A DNA stretch of 64,000 nucleotides from Halobacteria archaeon (GCA_038869515.1 JAWCQZ010000001.1:242534-306533); one strand, 5' to 3'. Positions 42,374 to 55,822 are shown, numbered from the stretch's first letter. The notes: generated by a model from the sequence alone, not told the origin. Numbers and translations: made by a program.

Positions 42374-45300
42374 TTCCGTATCCCGACGGCGAGTCTCCAC
42401 TCCTCCAGGTCCCACTCCTTCGTCCGGCCCGCCGTCTTCCCGAAGGCGAGGCGCGACGCCCGGACCCCGGCGGCGATGCGCGCCGGCCAGGGCGGGCGGG
42501 AGAGGGCGGCGGCGACCCTCGGGTCGGAGATGCGGAGGGAGATCTCGGCCCTCGCCGCGGGGGTGAGGCCGAACGTCTTCCGGGTCTCCTGGACCCGCCG
42601 GACCACCTCCCGGGCCCACCCCTCCGCCTCCAGTTCGGGGGTGAGGCGGCCGTCGACGACCACCTGGCCCCCCTCGAAGGGCTCGACGGCCACCCCCTCC
42701 GGGGCGCGCTCCCGCATCTCGAACATCTCCGGGGGAATCCGCACCCTCTCGCCGCCGAGCGTGATTTCGATTCCCCTCCCCCCCGCGTCGGAGGGCACCA
42801 GCCGGGCCGCCTTCAGCGCCTCGATGACCTCCTGCGCCCGCTGCTTGAAGGCGGGCCCGATTCTCCCCGGCAGCGGCCTGACTTCGACCTCCCGGTCGGG
42901 GAGTGGCGCGCCCGGGGGGAGGAGAGCGACCTCCTTGGCGTTGGTCTGCTCCCCCAAGACGCCGCGCAGCGGGACGAGGGCGCGGTGTGCCCCGGAGACG
43001 AGGGTGACGCGCGCCACGGGCCAACGCAGCTTCCGGCCGGTCTTCTGCCGCGCCCGCCACGCAGCCTCCACCGCGCGCCGGGCGACCGCCATCGCCTCCT
43101 CGATGCGGGGCTGCCGCTTCGCGGGCTTCGGCCACGGCGCGAGGTGGACCGACGGGGCCCGCCGACCGGGCAGGGCCCCGTAGAGCCGCTCGGCGAGGAA
43201 GGGGGCGAAGGGGGCGAGGAGACGCACGGCGGTGTCGAGGGCGGTGGCGAGGGACCACGCGGCGGCCGGGTCCCCCTCACCCAGCCGCTTCCGGACCAGG
43301 GGGATATACCAGCGGGAGAGGTCCTCCTCGTAGAATCCCTGCAGGGCGCGGGTCGCCTTGTGGAGGTGGAACGACTCCAGGCCTGCGGTCACCTCGGCGG
43401 TCGCGGCGTGGAGACGGGAGAGGAGCCACCGGTCCTCGACCCGGAGTTTCGCCGGGGCCCGGGCCGGAGCCGGGACCCCGGCGCTCTGGAGGAACCGGAC
43501 CGCGTTGTAGAGGATGTTCAAACTCCGGAAGGCCCCCTCCGCCATGGCCATGGAGAAGCGGAGGTCCTCCCACGGGGCGCCGGCCGAGAGGACGGCCCAC
43601 CGCAGCGCGTCGGCCCCGAACTTGCCGGCGACCTCGCCCGGCTCGACGACGTTCCCCAGGCTCTTCGACATCTTCCGGCCCGCCTCGTCGAGGGTGAATC
43701 CGTGCATGAGGACCGTCTTGTAGGGGGCGCGGCCGAAGGCCGAGACCGAGGCGCCGAGTTGGGAAAAGAACCAGCCCCGGGTCTGGTCGTGCCCCTCGCA
43801 GACGAAATCGGAGGGTAACGGTTTCCCGCCCATGGCGGGCCAGCCCTGGACCGCCCACGAGGCCACCGCGGAGTCGAACCAGACATCGAAGATGTCGGGG
43901 ACGCGCTTCATGGCTCCGCCGCAGCCCGGGTTCCCGCACTTCCAGGTCAACGGGTCCACGCTGGGCCGGTGGAGGTCCGCCACTTTGCGACCGGTCTTCT
44001 TTTGCAACTCCCGGCGAGTTCCCACAACCTCGATTCTGTGACATTTGTCGCAACGCCAAATCGGCAGCGGGATGCCCCAGTAGCGCTGGCGGGAGATGCA
44101 CCAGTCGCGGGCCTCCCCGATGAAGTCGGCGAAGCGGGCCGAGCCCGCCCAGTCGGGGACCCATTGCGCCCTGCCGGCTTCGGCTTTCATTTTGTCCCGG
44201 AGCCGCGAGACCTTCAGGAACCACTGGTCAGTGGCGAGAAAAAGCAGGGGATTCTTGCACCGCCAGCAGTGGCCGTAGCGGTGGGACACCGGTTCCTCGC
44301 GGAATAGGGCCCCGGTCTGCCTGAGGCTCTCGACGATGGCCCGGTTGCCCTCTCGGAAATCCTGTCCTTCCAGCGCCGGAACGAGATTTGTGAAACGCCC
44401 CCGTCCGTTGACGGTATGGAAGAACGGCACCTGCTTCTGGTTTTCCCGCACCCAGCGCCGAATGGCCCGATAATCGTCCTCGCCATGCACCGGGGCGATG
44501 TGGACGCACCCCGTGCCCTCGGTGGTTTGAACGAAGTCGGCAGCAAGAACGGAATAGGGAGGGGGATTCGCCCGAAGGCGGGGGTCGGCGTCGAGATTGA
44601 GAAGTGGTTGGACGGGGCTTCGGTAGTGCAGGCCCACCAGCTCCCGGCCCTGACGGCGGCGGGTGACCCGGGCGCCGTCGGCCAAAAGACCCGGAACCTT
44701 TTCCAGGAGGGAGGAGGCCACAATCAAAACCTCGTTTCCCCGCCGAACCTCGGCATACTCGATGTCCGGGCGCACGGCGACGGCCATGTTCCCCGGAAGG
44801 GTCCACGGGGTCGTTGTCCACACCAAGAGCGAGGCGTTCAGATTCTCGCCAAAGCAGCTCGGGACGATGGGGAACTTCACATAAATCGAAGGGTCGGTGA
44901 TGGTTTCATACTCCACCTCCGCCTCCGCCAACGCGGTCTCACAGCGGGGGCATTGGTTCACAACGCGATAGTTCTGCTCCAGGAGGGGCTCTTCCCTTCG
45001 AAGTCCCGCTTCATATGCGGCCTTCAGCGTGGACCAGGCCGCCTCCATGTAACCGGGCTCCACGGTCCGGTAGGGCCGCTCCCAGTCCATCCAGACGCCG
45101 AGGCGCTGGAACTGGCGGGTCATCTCCTTCCGGTTCTTCTCGGCGAATGCCTTGCAACGGGAGACGAACCTCCCGACCCCGAGCTCCTCGATCTGCTTCT
45201 TGGAGGTGAACCCCAACTCCTCCTCCACCTTCACCTCGATGGGGAGGCCGTGCATGTCCCACCCCGGGGTGTCGGAGACCCGGAACCCCGCCATCGTCCG

Positions 45301-45516
45301 GTGGCGCAGCACCGCGTCCTTGATGACCTTGTTCCAGGCGGTGCCGAGGTGGATGGCGCCGGTGGTGTAGGGGGGGCCGTCCACGAAGAAGAAGGGGGGG
45401 CCGGGCCGCTTGCGGACCTTCTCGCAGATGCGGTTCCGGTCCCAGAGCGCCTGGACCTCCCGCTCCAGGTCGGCGGGGCGGTAGGCGGGCTCCAGGGCTC
45501 GGATGGGGCCGGGCAT
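42370..45516 (-). CDS. ileS: isoleucyl-tRNA synthetase
   Basis: HLGTAWN (HIGH-class motif), KMSKSLGN, CP1 editing domain, zinc-binding C-terminus; 1048 aa. Confidence 0.9.
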   Translation of the reverse strand: MPGPIRALEPAYRPADLEREVQALWDRNRICEKVRKRPGPPFFFVDGPPYTTGAIHLGTAWNKVIKDAVLRHRTMAGFRVSDTPGWDMHGLPIEVKVEEELGFTSKKQIEELGVGRFVSRCKAFAEKNRKEMTRQFQRLGVWMDWERPYRTVEPGYMEAAWSTLKAAYEAGLRREEPLLEQNYRVVNQCPRCETALAEAEVEYETITDPSIYVKFPIVPSCFGENLNASLLVWTTTPWTLPGNMAVAVRPDIEYAEVRRGNEVLIVASSLLEKVPGLLADGARVTRRRQGRELVGLHYRSPVQPLLNLDADPRLRANPPPYSVLAADFVQTTEGTGCVHIAPVHGEDDYRAIRRWVRENQKQVPFFHTVNGRGRFTNLVPALEGQDFREGNRAIVESLRQTGALFREEPVSHRYGHCWRCKNPLLFLATDQWFLKVSRLRDKMKAEAGRAQWVPDWAGSARFADFIGEARDWCISRQRYWGIPLPIWRCDKCHRIEVVGTRRELQKKTGRKVADLHRPSVDPLTWKCGNPGCGGAMKRVPDIFDVWFDSAVASWAVQGWPAMGGKPLPSDFVCEGHDQTRGWFFSQLGASVSAFGRAPYKTVLMHGFTLDEAGRKMSKSLGNVVEPGEVAGKFGADALRWAVLSAGAPWEDLRFSMAMAEGAFRSLNILYNAVRFLQSAGVPAPARAPAKLRVEDRWLLSRLHAATAEVTAGLESFHLHKATRALQGFYEEDLSRWYIPLVRKRLGEGDPAAAWSLATALDTAVRLLAPFAPFLAERLYGALPGRRAPSVHLAPWPKPAKRQPRIEEAMAVARRAVEAAWRARQKTGRKLRWPVARVTLVSGAHRALVPLRGVLGEQTNAKEVALLPPGAPLPDREVEVRPLPGRIGPAFKQRAQEVIEALKAARLVPSDAGGRGIEITLGGERVRIPPEMFEMRERAPEGVAVEPFEGGQVVVDGRLTPELEAEGWAREVVRRVQETRKTFGLTPAARAEISLRISDPRVAAALSRPPWPARIAAGVRASRLAFGKTAGRTKEWDLEEWRLAVGIRK

Positions 45517-45566
45517 CGAGGGGGATGGGGGCAGCCTCTATAAAGTCTCCAGGGGGGTTTCTCTCC

Positions 45567-46532
45567 ATGGACCCGGCGGCGAGCCACCTCCCGTGGGTGG
45601 AGAAATACAGGCCCAAAAGCCTGGAGGAGGTGGTCGGCCAGGAGGAGACGGTGGCGCGGCTCGTCGCCTACCGGGACTCGAAGGAGATGCCCCACCTCCT
45701 CTTCGCCGGCCCCCCCGGGACCGGAAAGACCGCCTGCGCCGTCGCCCTCGTCCGGGGGATGTTCCCGGAGGAGTGGAGGGCCAACTTCCTCGAACTGAAC
45801 GCTTCCGACGAGCGGGGCATCGACGTGGTCCGGGAGAACATCAAGAACTTCGCCCGGAGCTCCGCCTCGGGGAGTGCCGGCTTCCGGACCCTCTTCCTGG
45901 ACGAGGCCGACATGCTCACCGCCGACGCCCAGGCCGCCCTCCGGCGCACCATGGAGCGCTTCTCCTCCACCTGCCGTTTCATCCTCTCGGTGAACTCCTC
46001 GGCGCGGGTCATCGAGCCCATCCAGTCCCGGTGCGCCCTCTTCCGGTTCCGGCCCCTCCCGGACGGGGCGGTGGCCAAGCGCATCCAAAAGGTGGCGGAT
46101 GCCGAAGGAGTGGAGATCACGAAGGACGGCCTTGACGCCCTGGTCCGCATCGCGGAGGGGGACCTCCGGAGGGGCATCAACTCCCTCCAGGGCGCCTCCC
46201 TCCTCGGGAAGCGGGTGGACTCCGCCCGGGTCTACGAGACCTCCGCCGAGGCGCGGCCCGAGGAGGTGCGGGAGATGGTGGAGTTCGCCCTGGGGGGAAA
46301 GTTCCTCAAGGCGCAGAGGCTCCTGGGGACCCTTCTGGAGCGGGGGGTCGGGGGGGAGGATCTCCTCCGGCGCATCCACCGCGTCCTGGTGGAGAGGGAG
46401 ATGGAGGACGGCGAAAAGGCCCGGCTCATGGACCTGACAGGGGAGGCCGATTTCCGTCTCGCGGAGGGGGCGGACGAGAGGATCCAGTTGGAGGCCCTTC
46501 TGGCGCAGATGGCGCTCCGCGCCCACCCGTGA
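45567..46532 (+). CDS. rfcS: replication factor C small subunit
   Basis: [36 protein letters not shown]-like [11 protein letters not shown] motif ([10 protein letters not shown]). TATA 'ctctataaag' about 25 bp upstream. Confidence 0.85.
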   Translation: MDPAASHLPWVEKYRPKSLEEVVGQEETVARLVAYRDSKEMPHLLFAGPPGTGKTACAVALVRGMFPEEWRANFLELNASDERGIDVVRENIKNFARSSASGSAGFRTLFLDEADMLTADAQAALRRTMERFSSTCRFILSVNSSARVIEPIQSRCALFRFRPLPDGAVAKRIQKVADAEGVEITKDGLDALVRIAEGDLRRGINSLQGASLLGKRVDSARVYETSAEARPEEVREMVEFALGGKFLKAQRLLGTLLERGVGGEDLLRRIHRVLVEREMEDGEKARLMDLTGEADFRLAEGADERIQLEALLAQMALRAHP

Positions 46533-46627
46533 TGCGATGGCGGGCGCGGTCCGCAGAGCATTGACTCTCGCTTCGCTCGGGCCGGGTTCCGCGCCAAACT
46601 TATACGCTCTCGAAGAGAGGGGGGGCC

Positions 46628-47173
46628 ATGACCACCGTCCGGGACGTCCCCGCGGAGCCCCTCCTGGAGATCCTGAGGGAGCGCCTGAAAGGGAGCCTGA
46701 AGCCCCCCGCCTGGGCCCCCTTCGTGAAGACCGGCGCCAGCCGGGAGCGCGCCCCGGTCCAGCCCGACTGGTGGTTCATCCGGAGCGCCTCGCTCCTCCG
46801 GCGCATCTACCTCGACGGACCCGTCGGCGTCTCCCGCCTCCGGACCCACTACGGGGGGCGCCGCCGCCGGGGATCCGCGGGCCCCCACTTCCGGCCCGGC
46901 TCCGGCAACATCCTCCGCAAGGCCCTCCAGCAGATGGAGGCGCAGGGCCTCGTCCGGAGCCTCCCCGGCCGGGGGAGGGACCTCACCCCGAAGGGGCGCG
47001 CGCTCCTCGACAAACTGGCCCGGGAGGCGGCCGCGGCGCCCCCCAAGGTCCCGGCCCGGAAAGCCCCCCGGGAGAGCGGACTCCCCTCGCGGACCCCGAA
47101 GGAGGAGCGGGGGCCCAAGGAGACCAGGGGGGCCGGCCCCGCCCCTCCGGCCGGGGGCAAGCCCGCTTCCTGA
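46628..47173 (+). CDS. rps19e: ribosomal protein S19e
   Basis: [15 protein letters not shown]...[22 protein letters not shown]...YGG: S19e signature. Leaderless TATA 'aaacttatacg' 25 bp upstream. Confidence 0.8.
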   Translation: MTTVRDVPAEPLLEILRERLKGSLKPPAWAPFVKTGASRERAPVQPDWWFIRSASLLRRIYLDGPVGVSRLRTHYGGRRRRGSAGPHFRPGSGNILRKALQQMEAQGLVRSLPGRGRDLTPKGRALLDKLAREAAAAPPKVPARKAPRESGLPSRTPKEERGPKETRGAGPAPPAGGKPAS

Positions 47174-47180
47174 GCCGCCG

Positions 47181-47522
47181 ATGGCCGACGACGAACTGGA
47201 GGCGATCCGGCGAAAGAAGATGGAGCAATTGGCCGCCCAGCAGCATGCGGCCCAGGCCCAGGCGGTCCAGCAGCAGGCGGCCCAGCAGGAGTTCGAGGCC
47301 CAGAAGGCGTCCATCCTCCGGCAGATTCTCACTCCGGAGGCGCGGGAGCGGCTCAACTCCCTCAAGATGGCCCGGCCCGACTTCGGGGCCCGGGTCGAGC
47401 TGCAGCTCATCTCCCTCGCCCAGAGCGGGCAGATCCGGACCGCCATCACCGACGAGCAGCTCCGGGTCATCCTGGAGCGGCTCAGCCCCCAGAAGCGGGA
47501 CATTAAAATCCGGAGGCTGTAA
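47181..47522 (+). CDS. PDCD5/TFAR19-like dsDNA-binding protein
   Basis: Conserved archaeal neighbour of rps19e/rpl39e. QQQ-rich helix then [24 protein letters not shown]... Confidence 0.7.
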   Translation: MADDELEAIRRKKMEQLAAQQHAAQAQAVQQQAAQQEFEAQKASILRQILTPEARERLNSLKMARPDFGARVELQLISLAQSGQIRTAITDEQLRVILERLSPQKRDIKIRRL

Positions 47523-47529
47523 TTGGACC

Positions 47530-47685
47530 ATGGGCAAAAAACCGGCCCCGAAGAAACTCCGCCTCGCCAAGAAGGGGAAGCAGAACCGCCGCGTTCCCGT
47601 CTGGGTCATCATGCGGACCAACCGGGGGTTCACGGCCCACACCAAGCGCCGGCAGTGGCGCCGCCGCCGGCACCTCGAAGGGTAA
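47530..47685 (+). CDS. rpl39e: ribosomal protein L39e
   Basis: [51 protein letters not shown]. Confidence 0.85.
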   Translation: MGKKPAPKKLRLAKKGKQNRRVPVWVIMRTNRGFTAHTKRRQWRRRRHLEG

Positions 47686-49337
47686 TGGGGGGCCCGGGGG
47701 CCTCCCGCCCCCTCGACGACCTGCTCGCCGCCGGGGAGCGGGAGAACGTGGAGTTCAAGGAGTTCCTGTCGCCGGAGGTCCACCTCGCCCGGGACCGCAA
47801 GGAGACCCTCGCCTGCCAGATGAACCACCGGCTCCTCGCCGGGGAGGGGACCGCCCTCTACGTCATCGGCATCTCCGACGACGGGGCGCCCGCCAATCTC
47901 GACGCCGCCAAGGCCGAGGGGACGGTGCGGGTCCTGGAGGCTGTGGCCGCCGAGGTCGGGGCGCGGGTGGCGTCGGTGGAACTGGCGCCGGTGAACGGGG
48001 GGCGGGCGGGGCTGGTCACGATTGAAAGACTCCGGGGGGAGGGGGGCGGGCCTGTGGACGGGGGGAGGAGGGCGATCGGCCCCCCTCCCCCCGGCGACAG
48101 CGCCCGCATCCTCGTCGGCACCGCGGGCCACGTCCACCACGGGAAGTCCACTCTCGTCGGGACCCTGACGACCCGCCACCGGGACGACGGGGCGGGGCGG
48201 ACCCGCCTCTACCTCGACCTCCTGCCCCACGAGGTGGAGCGGCTCCTCAGTGCGGAGCTCTCCTACGGCGTCTACGGCTTCCGGGAGGGGCGCCCCCTCC
48301 GGGTCCGGAACCCCCGCGACAAGCGGGAGAAGGCGGTGGTGGTCGAGCGGGCCGAGAGGCTCGTCTCCTTCCTCGACACGGTGGGCCACGAGCCCTGGCT
48401 CCGGACGACCATCCGGGGGATCGTGGGGCAGCGCCTCGACTACGGGCTGCTGGTCGTCGCGGCGGACGACGGGGTGACCCACATCACCCGGGAGCATCTC
48501 GGCGTCCTCCTGGCGATGGAGCTGCCGGTCCTCATCGTGGTGACCAAGGTGGACCGGGTGGAGGCGCCGCGGCGGGCGGAGGTCCTCCAGGAGGTCTCAG
48601 ACCTGCTCGCCCGCATCGGCCGCGCCGCGCGCCCCGTGACCCGGCTGGAGGAGATGGAGGACCTGCTGCGGGACCCGGGCCGGATGCGCGCTGTCTTCCC
48701 GGTCCTCCAGGCGAGCGCGGTGACCCTGGAGGGGTACGACCTGCTCGACGCGCTCTTCGGGGCCCTGCCGCCCCGGGCCGCCCCCGGCGGGGGGCCTTTC
48801 GAGCTCTACGTGGACAAGGTCTACTCGGTGGCGGGGGTCGGGGCGGTCCTCAGCGGCACCGTCAAGCAGGGGACGGTCCGGCCCGGCGAGGTCCTCCGCC
48901 TGGGGCCGAGGGAGGACGGCTCCTTCACCGAGGTGCGGGTCCAGTCGATCGAGGTCCACTACTTCCGGGTGGACCGGGCCCGCGCGGGCGACGTGGTGGG
49001 AGTCGCCGTCCGGGGCGTGCGGCCCTCCGAGGTCCGGCGGGGAATGCTCCTCGCCTCGGAGCCCCCGCGGCCCGCCCGGGAGTTCGAGGCGGACGTCACC
49101 ATCCTGAACCACCCCACCCGCATCAAGCGCGGCTACGAGCCGGTGGTCCACCTCGAGACGGTCTGCGAGTCGGCCCGCTTCACCTGGATGGAGCGGCCCT
49201 ACATGATGGCGGGGCAGCGGGGGCGGGCGCGGCTCGCGTTCAAGTTCCGGCCCTACGCGGTCGCCCCGGGGCAGAAGTTCCTCTTCCGGGAGGGGAAAAG
49301 CAAGGGAATCGGGAAAGTGGTCCGGGTCGTGAACTGA
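47685..49337 (+). CDS. GTPBP1-family translational GTPase (EF-Tu-like, with N-terminal extension)
   Basis: G1 GHVHHGKSTL, G3 DTVGHE, G4 VTKVD, then EF-Tu-like beta-barrel domains 2/3 (GDVVGVAVRGV...). ATG overlaps the rpl39e stop (TAATG). Confidence 0.75.
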   Translation: MGGPGASRPLDDLLAAGERENVEFKEFLSPEVHLARDRKETLACQMNHRLLAGEGTALYVIGISDDGAPANLDAAKAEGTVRVLEAVAAEVGARVASVELAPVNGGRAGLVTIERLRGEGGGPVDGGRRAIGPPPPGDSARILVGTAGHVHHGKSTLVGTLTTRHRDDGAGRTRLYLDLLPHEVERLLSAELSYGVYGFREGRPLRVRNPRDKREKAVVVERAERLVSFLDTVGHEPWLRTTIRGIVGQRLDYGLLVVAADDGVTHITREHLGVLLAMELPVLIVVTKVDRVEAPRRAEVLQEVSDLLARIGRAARPVTRLEEMEDLLRDPGRMRAVFPVLQASAVTLEGYDLLDALFGALPPRAAPGGGPFELYVDKVYSVAGVGAVLSGTVKQGTVRPGEVLRLGPREDGSFTEVRVQSIEVHYFRVDRARAGDVVGVAVRGVRPSEVRRGMLLASEPPRPAREFEADVTILNHPTRIKRGYEPVVHLETVCESARFTWMERPYMMAGQRGRARLAFKFRPYAVAPGQKFLFREGKSKGIGKVVRVVN

Positions 49338-49507
49338 GGGGGCTCGGCGCGGTTCGGATTTGGATCATTCGGTCGGGCGCCGTGTGATTCGGGTCTCGGT
49401 TACGGACTCTCGGCCTGCGCCCCCAGTGCGGGCTCCTCCTTCTTCCGCGCCTCCTCGGGGAGGACCGAGACCATCTCCGCCCCTCGCGCTCCCCGACTTG
49501 AATTTTG

Positions 49508-50350
49508 CTACCCGCCGCCCGGTCTCGCCTTGCGCCGGAACCCGGGCAGGAACTCCCCGACCACCTCGCGGACGAACTCGGCGGTCTCGGGGAGGATGCG
49601 GAAGAGGATGTAGGCGAGGGCGATGAGGGCGAGGGTGGAGCCGACCTTCGCCATCGCCGCGTGGGCCGTCTCGAACGACTCCTCGGCGGTGCCGTACCAG
49701 GAGTAGGCGTAGGCGGCGGTCACGAACATGTTGCGGATGAGGTTGAGGAGGTAGATGGCGGGCAGGGTGGCCGCGGCGGCCAGGAACTGGCGGCGCCGGT
49801 TCTCCCCCACGGCGAGGATGACCCCGCCGAAGAGGGCGATCGACTCCACCGCGGTGCAGGCGAGGATGATCTCCACGATGGGGATGCCGTCGGGGAGGAT
49901 GGTGGGGTTGGTGGTGTGGACCCAGAGGTAGGGCGGAGAGAAGGAGGCGGGGACGCCGAAGAGCCCGAGGGCCCCCACGGTCAACTGGTCGGTGAATCCG
50001 ATGAGGGCCGCGCGGAGCGGCGCGATCTCGGTGAAGGGGAAGTAGACGAGCCCGACGAACGCGGTGGCCCGGGTCAGCTTCCAGAGGGCGGGGGAGCCGC
50101 CGCGGAGGATTTTCGCCATGACGAAGAGGCAGAAGAAGACCATCACCAGGGAGAGAGTCCCGTCCACGGCGTCCACCCGCGCCTCGACGCCCCCGGTGTA
50201 GCCGCGGAAGAAGAGGGCCATGGAGCCCCAGAAGGGGGCGAAAACGCCCCAGCCCGCTGCGGATAGGGCGCGGCGGGCCTCGGGGCTCCGGACCAGCGAA
50301 GCGGCCACCAGGAGCGCGAGGGCGAGCCAGAGGATGGGGGAGGCCATCAC
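49508..50350 (-). CDS. archaeosortase/exosortase-family membrane protein
   Basis: Eight TM helices. Candidate active-site Cys in IVEIILACTAVESIALF and conserved NLIRN (NxxR) motif. Confidence 0.5.
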   Translation of the reverse strand: MMASPILWLALALLVAASLVRSPEARRALSAAGWGVFAPFWGSMALFFRGYTGGVEARVDAVDGTLSLVMVFFCLFVMAKILRGGSPALWKLTRATAFVGLVYFPFTEIAPLRAALIGFTDQLTVGALGLFGVPASFSPPYLWVHTTNPTILPDGIPIVEIILACTAVESIALFGGVILAVGENRRRQFLAAAATLPAIYLLNLIRNMFVTAAYAYSWYGTAEESFETAHAAMAKVGSTLALIALAYILFRILPETAEFVREVVGEFLPGFRRKARPGGG

Positions 50351-50412
50351 GGGTTTTTCGGGAGGAGCGGCTTATCTATCTTTGGCCCTTCCCGACAGGC
50401 AGAACCGGATTC

Positions 50413-50919
50413 CTACCCCTTCTCCATCCGCCCCAGGATATCTGCGACCCTTTTCCGGAACGCCTCATCCACCCGCACCAGCACCACCCCTTCGTTGGGC
50501 TGACCGTAGAGAACCACGGTCCCCGTCGGGGCCGACTCGCCCACCGCCAGGACCGCCAAGTCCTCCTCGCCGTAGACGAAAATGCGGGTCCGGACGTCGT
50601 AGAGCGCCTTTCGGACCGCGTCCCTGAGCCCCTGGGTGAGCCGACCCGCCGGGTTGTCAAGCCGGATCTCCTTTTGAGCCACCTTGTATTTCCGGTCGGG
50701 GGCGAACAGTTCCCGCTGCGCCTTGCCGTCGATGACGCTCAGGTCGGGGAGGGCGTTCCGCTTCAGCAACTCGTAGGAGACGACGTCCCCCACGGCCGCG
50801 ACTTTCGGGGGCCTCAGTTTCCGGACTTCGGCCAGGGCCGCGTCCATCTCCTTGAAGAGGGGGCCGAAGGGGCGCTTCAATTCCTCGCGCATTGGCTCCG
50901 GCAAAACCAAATCGGCCAC
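50413..50919 (-). CDS. GTP-dependent dephospho-CoA kinase (DUF359/COG1909)
   Basis: 168 aa; layout MADLVLPEPMREELKRPFGPL...VAAVGDVVSYELL...IDGKAQR. Conserved position downstream of rpoE'-spt4. Confidence 0.6.
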   Translation of the reverse strand: MADLVLPEPMREELKRPFGPLFKEMDAALAEVRKLRPPKVAAVGDVVSYELLKRNALPDLSVIDGKAQRELFAPDRKYKVAQKEIRLDNPAGRLTQGLRDAVRKALYDVRTRIFVYGEEDLAVLAVGESAPTGTVVLYGQPNEGVVLVRVDEAFRKRVADILGRMEKG

Positions 50920-50929
50920 AGGCGCGCTC

Positions 50930-51115
50930 CTACCGGACCTTGAGCGCGAACTTCCCCTTCTCCTTGATGTTCAGCCGCCGGGCGATCTCGCTCTTTTCGG
51001 GGTCGAGGATGACCACGAACCCCTTCCAGTCGGGGCTCACGTCCTCGCTCCCGCAGTGGGGGCACGACTTGCCAACAAGGACACGGTGGCACATGCGACA
51101 GACCAGCTCAGCCAT
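50930..51115 (-). CDS. spt4: transcription elongation factor Spt4 (RpoE'')
   Basis: CRMCHRVLVGKSCPHCGSEDVSPDWKGFVVILDPEKSEIARRLNI zinc ribbon. Confidence 0.85.
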   Translation of the reverse strand: MAELVCRMCHRVLVGKSCPHCGSEDVSPDWKGFVVILDPEKSEIARRLNIKEKGKFALKVR

Positions 51116-51124
51116 GGGTCCGTC

Positions 51125-51771
51125 CTACGCTCCGCCGGCCGAGGGCTTCGGTTCGCCGGCGGGCGCCTTGGGGGGCCTGGGCGCGGGCTCCGCGGGGGCC
51201 TCGCCGGCCGCCCTGGGGCGGGGGCCCGCAGGCCGCTTCCCCCCGACCCACTCCAGTTTCCCGAGGGTCGGCTGGCGCATGGTGAGGCCGATTTTGCTCG
51301 CCCGGGGGTCCGCCTCGTTCAGGCTCACCGCGACGATGCGGGCCCGGACGAGGTCCCCCTCCTGGAGGACCTTCGACTCGTTGCGGCCGACGAGCCGGGC
51401 GTTCTTCTCGTCGTAGGTCATGAAGTCGTCCGAAATCTGGGAGACGTGGAGGAGGGCGTCCATAGGCCCGATGGAGACGAAGGCCCCGAACTCGACGACC
51501 TCCACCACCCGGCCTTCGACAATCTCCTGGATGACGGGCCGGAAGGCGATGCAGTCGAAGGTGACGTCGTAGTAGACGCCCCCGTCGCCGGTGAGGATGC
51601 GCCCCTCGCCCACCGCGGAGATTCCGATGATCGCCACCACCATGCCGACCCGGCGGTCGATCTTCCCCTCCAGCTTCTCCCGGAGGAGGGAGTCGAGGAC
51701 CCTCTCCTGGGAGTCCCCGAGTTTCTCCGGGGGGACGCGGACGGTGTCGGTCAGTTTGGCTTTGACGTACA

Positions 51772-51772
<1 letters not shown>
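51125..51772 (-). CDS. rpoE: DNA-directed RNA polymerase subunit E' (Rpb7 homolog)
   Basis: MYVKAKLTDTVRVPPEKLG... with S1 domain (GRVVEVVEFGAFVSIGPMDALLHVSQI). Start at internal ATG 51772, which overlaps the hppA stop. Confidence 0.85.
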
Positions 51773-53820
<2,048 letters not shown>

Positions 53821-55822
53821 GGAGGACGCGTCCCCGTGAAAGGAACGTTCTTTATAAAGGTTTGCGAACCCGCGCGCCCGTGAAACCGCGGGGAGGGGGC
53901 CTCCCGCGGGCGGGCCGGGGTCCGGTCGCCCATGCGGGAGACGCGGTCGAGGAGGCTGCGCGGAGCCTCGGTGGTCCGCACCTCGATGAGGGGGATGGCG
54001 AGCCGGTCGAGCCTCCGGCGCAGCCGGGCCCGGAGCTCCCGGGCGGCCGCCCGGTAGTCGCGGTGGAGGCGGGCGTCGGAGGTGTTCACCAGCTTGGCGG
54101 AACCGGTCTCGGGGTTCTCGATACAGGCGACCCCCAGGTCGGGCAACTCCTCGTCCAGCGGGTCCACGACCCGCACCGCGACCAGTTTCTGCCCCCGGGA
54201 GCGGAAGGCCTGGACCGCCGCCTCGAACTCGGGCGGGGGCTCCTCGGTGAAGTCGGAGATGAGGAAAATCGTCCCCGGACCCCGGAGGTGGCGGCCGAGC
54301 CCCTCCAAGGCGCGCGGGAGGTCGGTCCCGACCTCCCGGGAGGCGTGGGCGGATAGGGCGGTCGCCACGCGCTCCGCCTGGCCCTTGCCCACCTGGGGCT
54401 GCACCACCTTCTCGAGGCCGGTGGTGAAGAGGGCGAGGCCGAAGCGGTGGTCCCCCAGCGATGCGGAGCGGGCAAGGGTGGAGACGAGTCGGGCCATGTG
54501 GTCCCGCTTCTCCCCCTGGATGCCGGAGTGGGTGCTCGCCGAGCAGTCCACCGCGAGCCACATCGAGGACTCGGCGTCGGGCGCGGAGAGTTTGGTGTAC
54601 ATCTTCCCCGTCCGGGCGGTGGCCCTCCAGTCGACGGCCCGGATGTCGTCGCCGGCCGCATACTCCCGGCGGTCCTCCGGGTCGTGGCCCCCCGCGACGA
54701 GGTGGGGGCCTCCGGAGCCGCCGAGGTCGAGGCGGGGGAGGGTCATGTCGAAGGAGCCGGGGCGGAACGACCCCGCGCCCGGAGCGGAGGGGGCCGCGGC
54801 TGCGCCGGGGGCGGTTCCCACGACGGCGAGGCCGATGGCCCGGCCGAGGACCGACTCCCAGTCGAGGGTGTCCCCGGCGGGGCGCGGGAGGATTTCCCAC
54901 AGGGTGAGGCCGGAGAGGAGGAGGAGGGCCGCGGCGGCGAGTGGGAGGCGGTTCTCCTCGCCGAGAGCCCCCGCCATGGCCAGGAGGAGGACGAGGGAGG
55001 CGAGCCCCATGGCCGAGACCGAGACCCAGCGGCGGCCGGAGCCCCCGGCCAGGGCGGCGGCCAGCACGGCGAGGGGGCGGTGGCGCAGCAGTCTCTCCGA
55101 GAGCCCCTGCGCCCACCGGGAGGCGAAGGGGCGGCGGATGGCGAGGAGGAGGGAGGAGAGGAGCAGGAGGGTCGAGGCGAGGAGGAGGGGATCGATCCAC
55201 CGGGAGGCGAGGAGGGCTCCGGCGAGACCGAGCATGGCCGCCACCCGCAGGAGGGGCTGGATGATTGGGGGCGATGGGCCCCGGAGAGTGGCGACGTCGT
55301 AGAGGGCGCCGCTCAACTGGACCGATGGGAAGGTCCTCCGCCGGACCCAGAGCGCGGCGAGGACGAGCGCCGGGGCCGAGGCGACCGGGAAGAGCCAGAG
55401 GGGGGCGGGAGCGGAGCCCGACACCGAGACGGTGACCACGGAGGAGCCCCACTCCGCGCCCTGCCGGAGGAGGTGGGCGGCGAGGCCCGTCCCTCCCCGC
55501 TCCCCCGGCACGAACGGGGGGGGAATCCCCTCCTCGGAGCCGTTCTCGAGCGAGTTTCCGGCCGCGATAAAGCTCTGGCCGAGGATTTTCAGCATGTCGG
55601 CGGCCATGGAGCGCCGGTAGTGGGCGGTCTGCTCCTGCGCCTGGTCGAAGGACGCCTTGTCCACCGGGGGGTCCGCGACCGCCCCCGGGGCGAGCAGAAG
55701 CAGACCGAGGGCCAGGACGGAGACCCGCCTCCAGCTCCTTCCTCCCATGAATCCATGTCTCCGTCCCAACGATTAAACTCGACGGCCACGGCCGCAGGCT
55801 CCCGGCCGGCGCGGGGCCGCGC

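Noticed and set aside
49338-49507. Possible tRNA-like element ('gcggttcggatttggatcattcgg').
   Set aside because: Contains a GGTTCG-like T-loop fragment, but no acceptor or anticodon stems can be folded. It is more likely an ordinary intergenic or promoter region between the convergent GTPase and archaeosortase genes.
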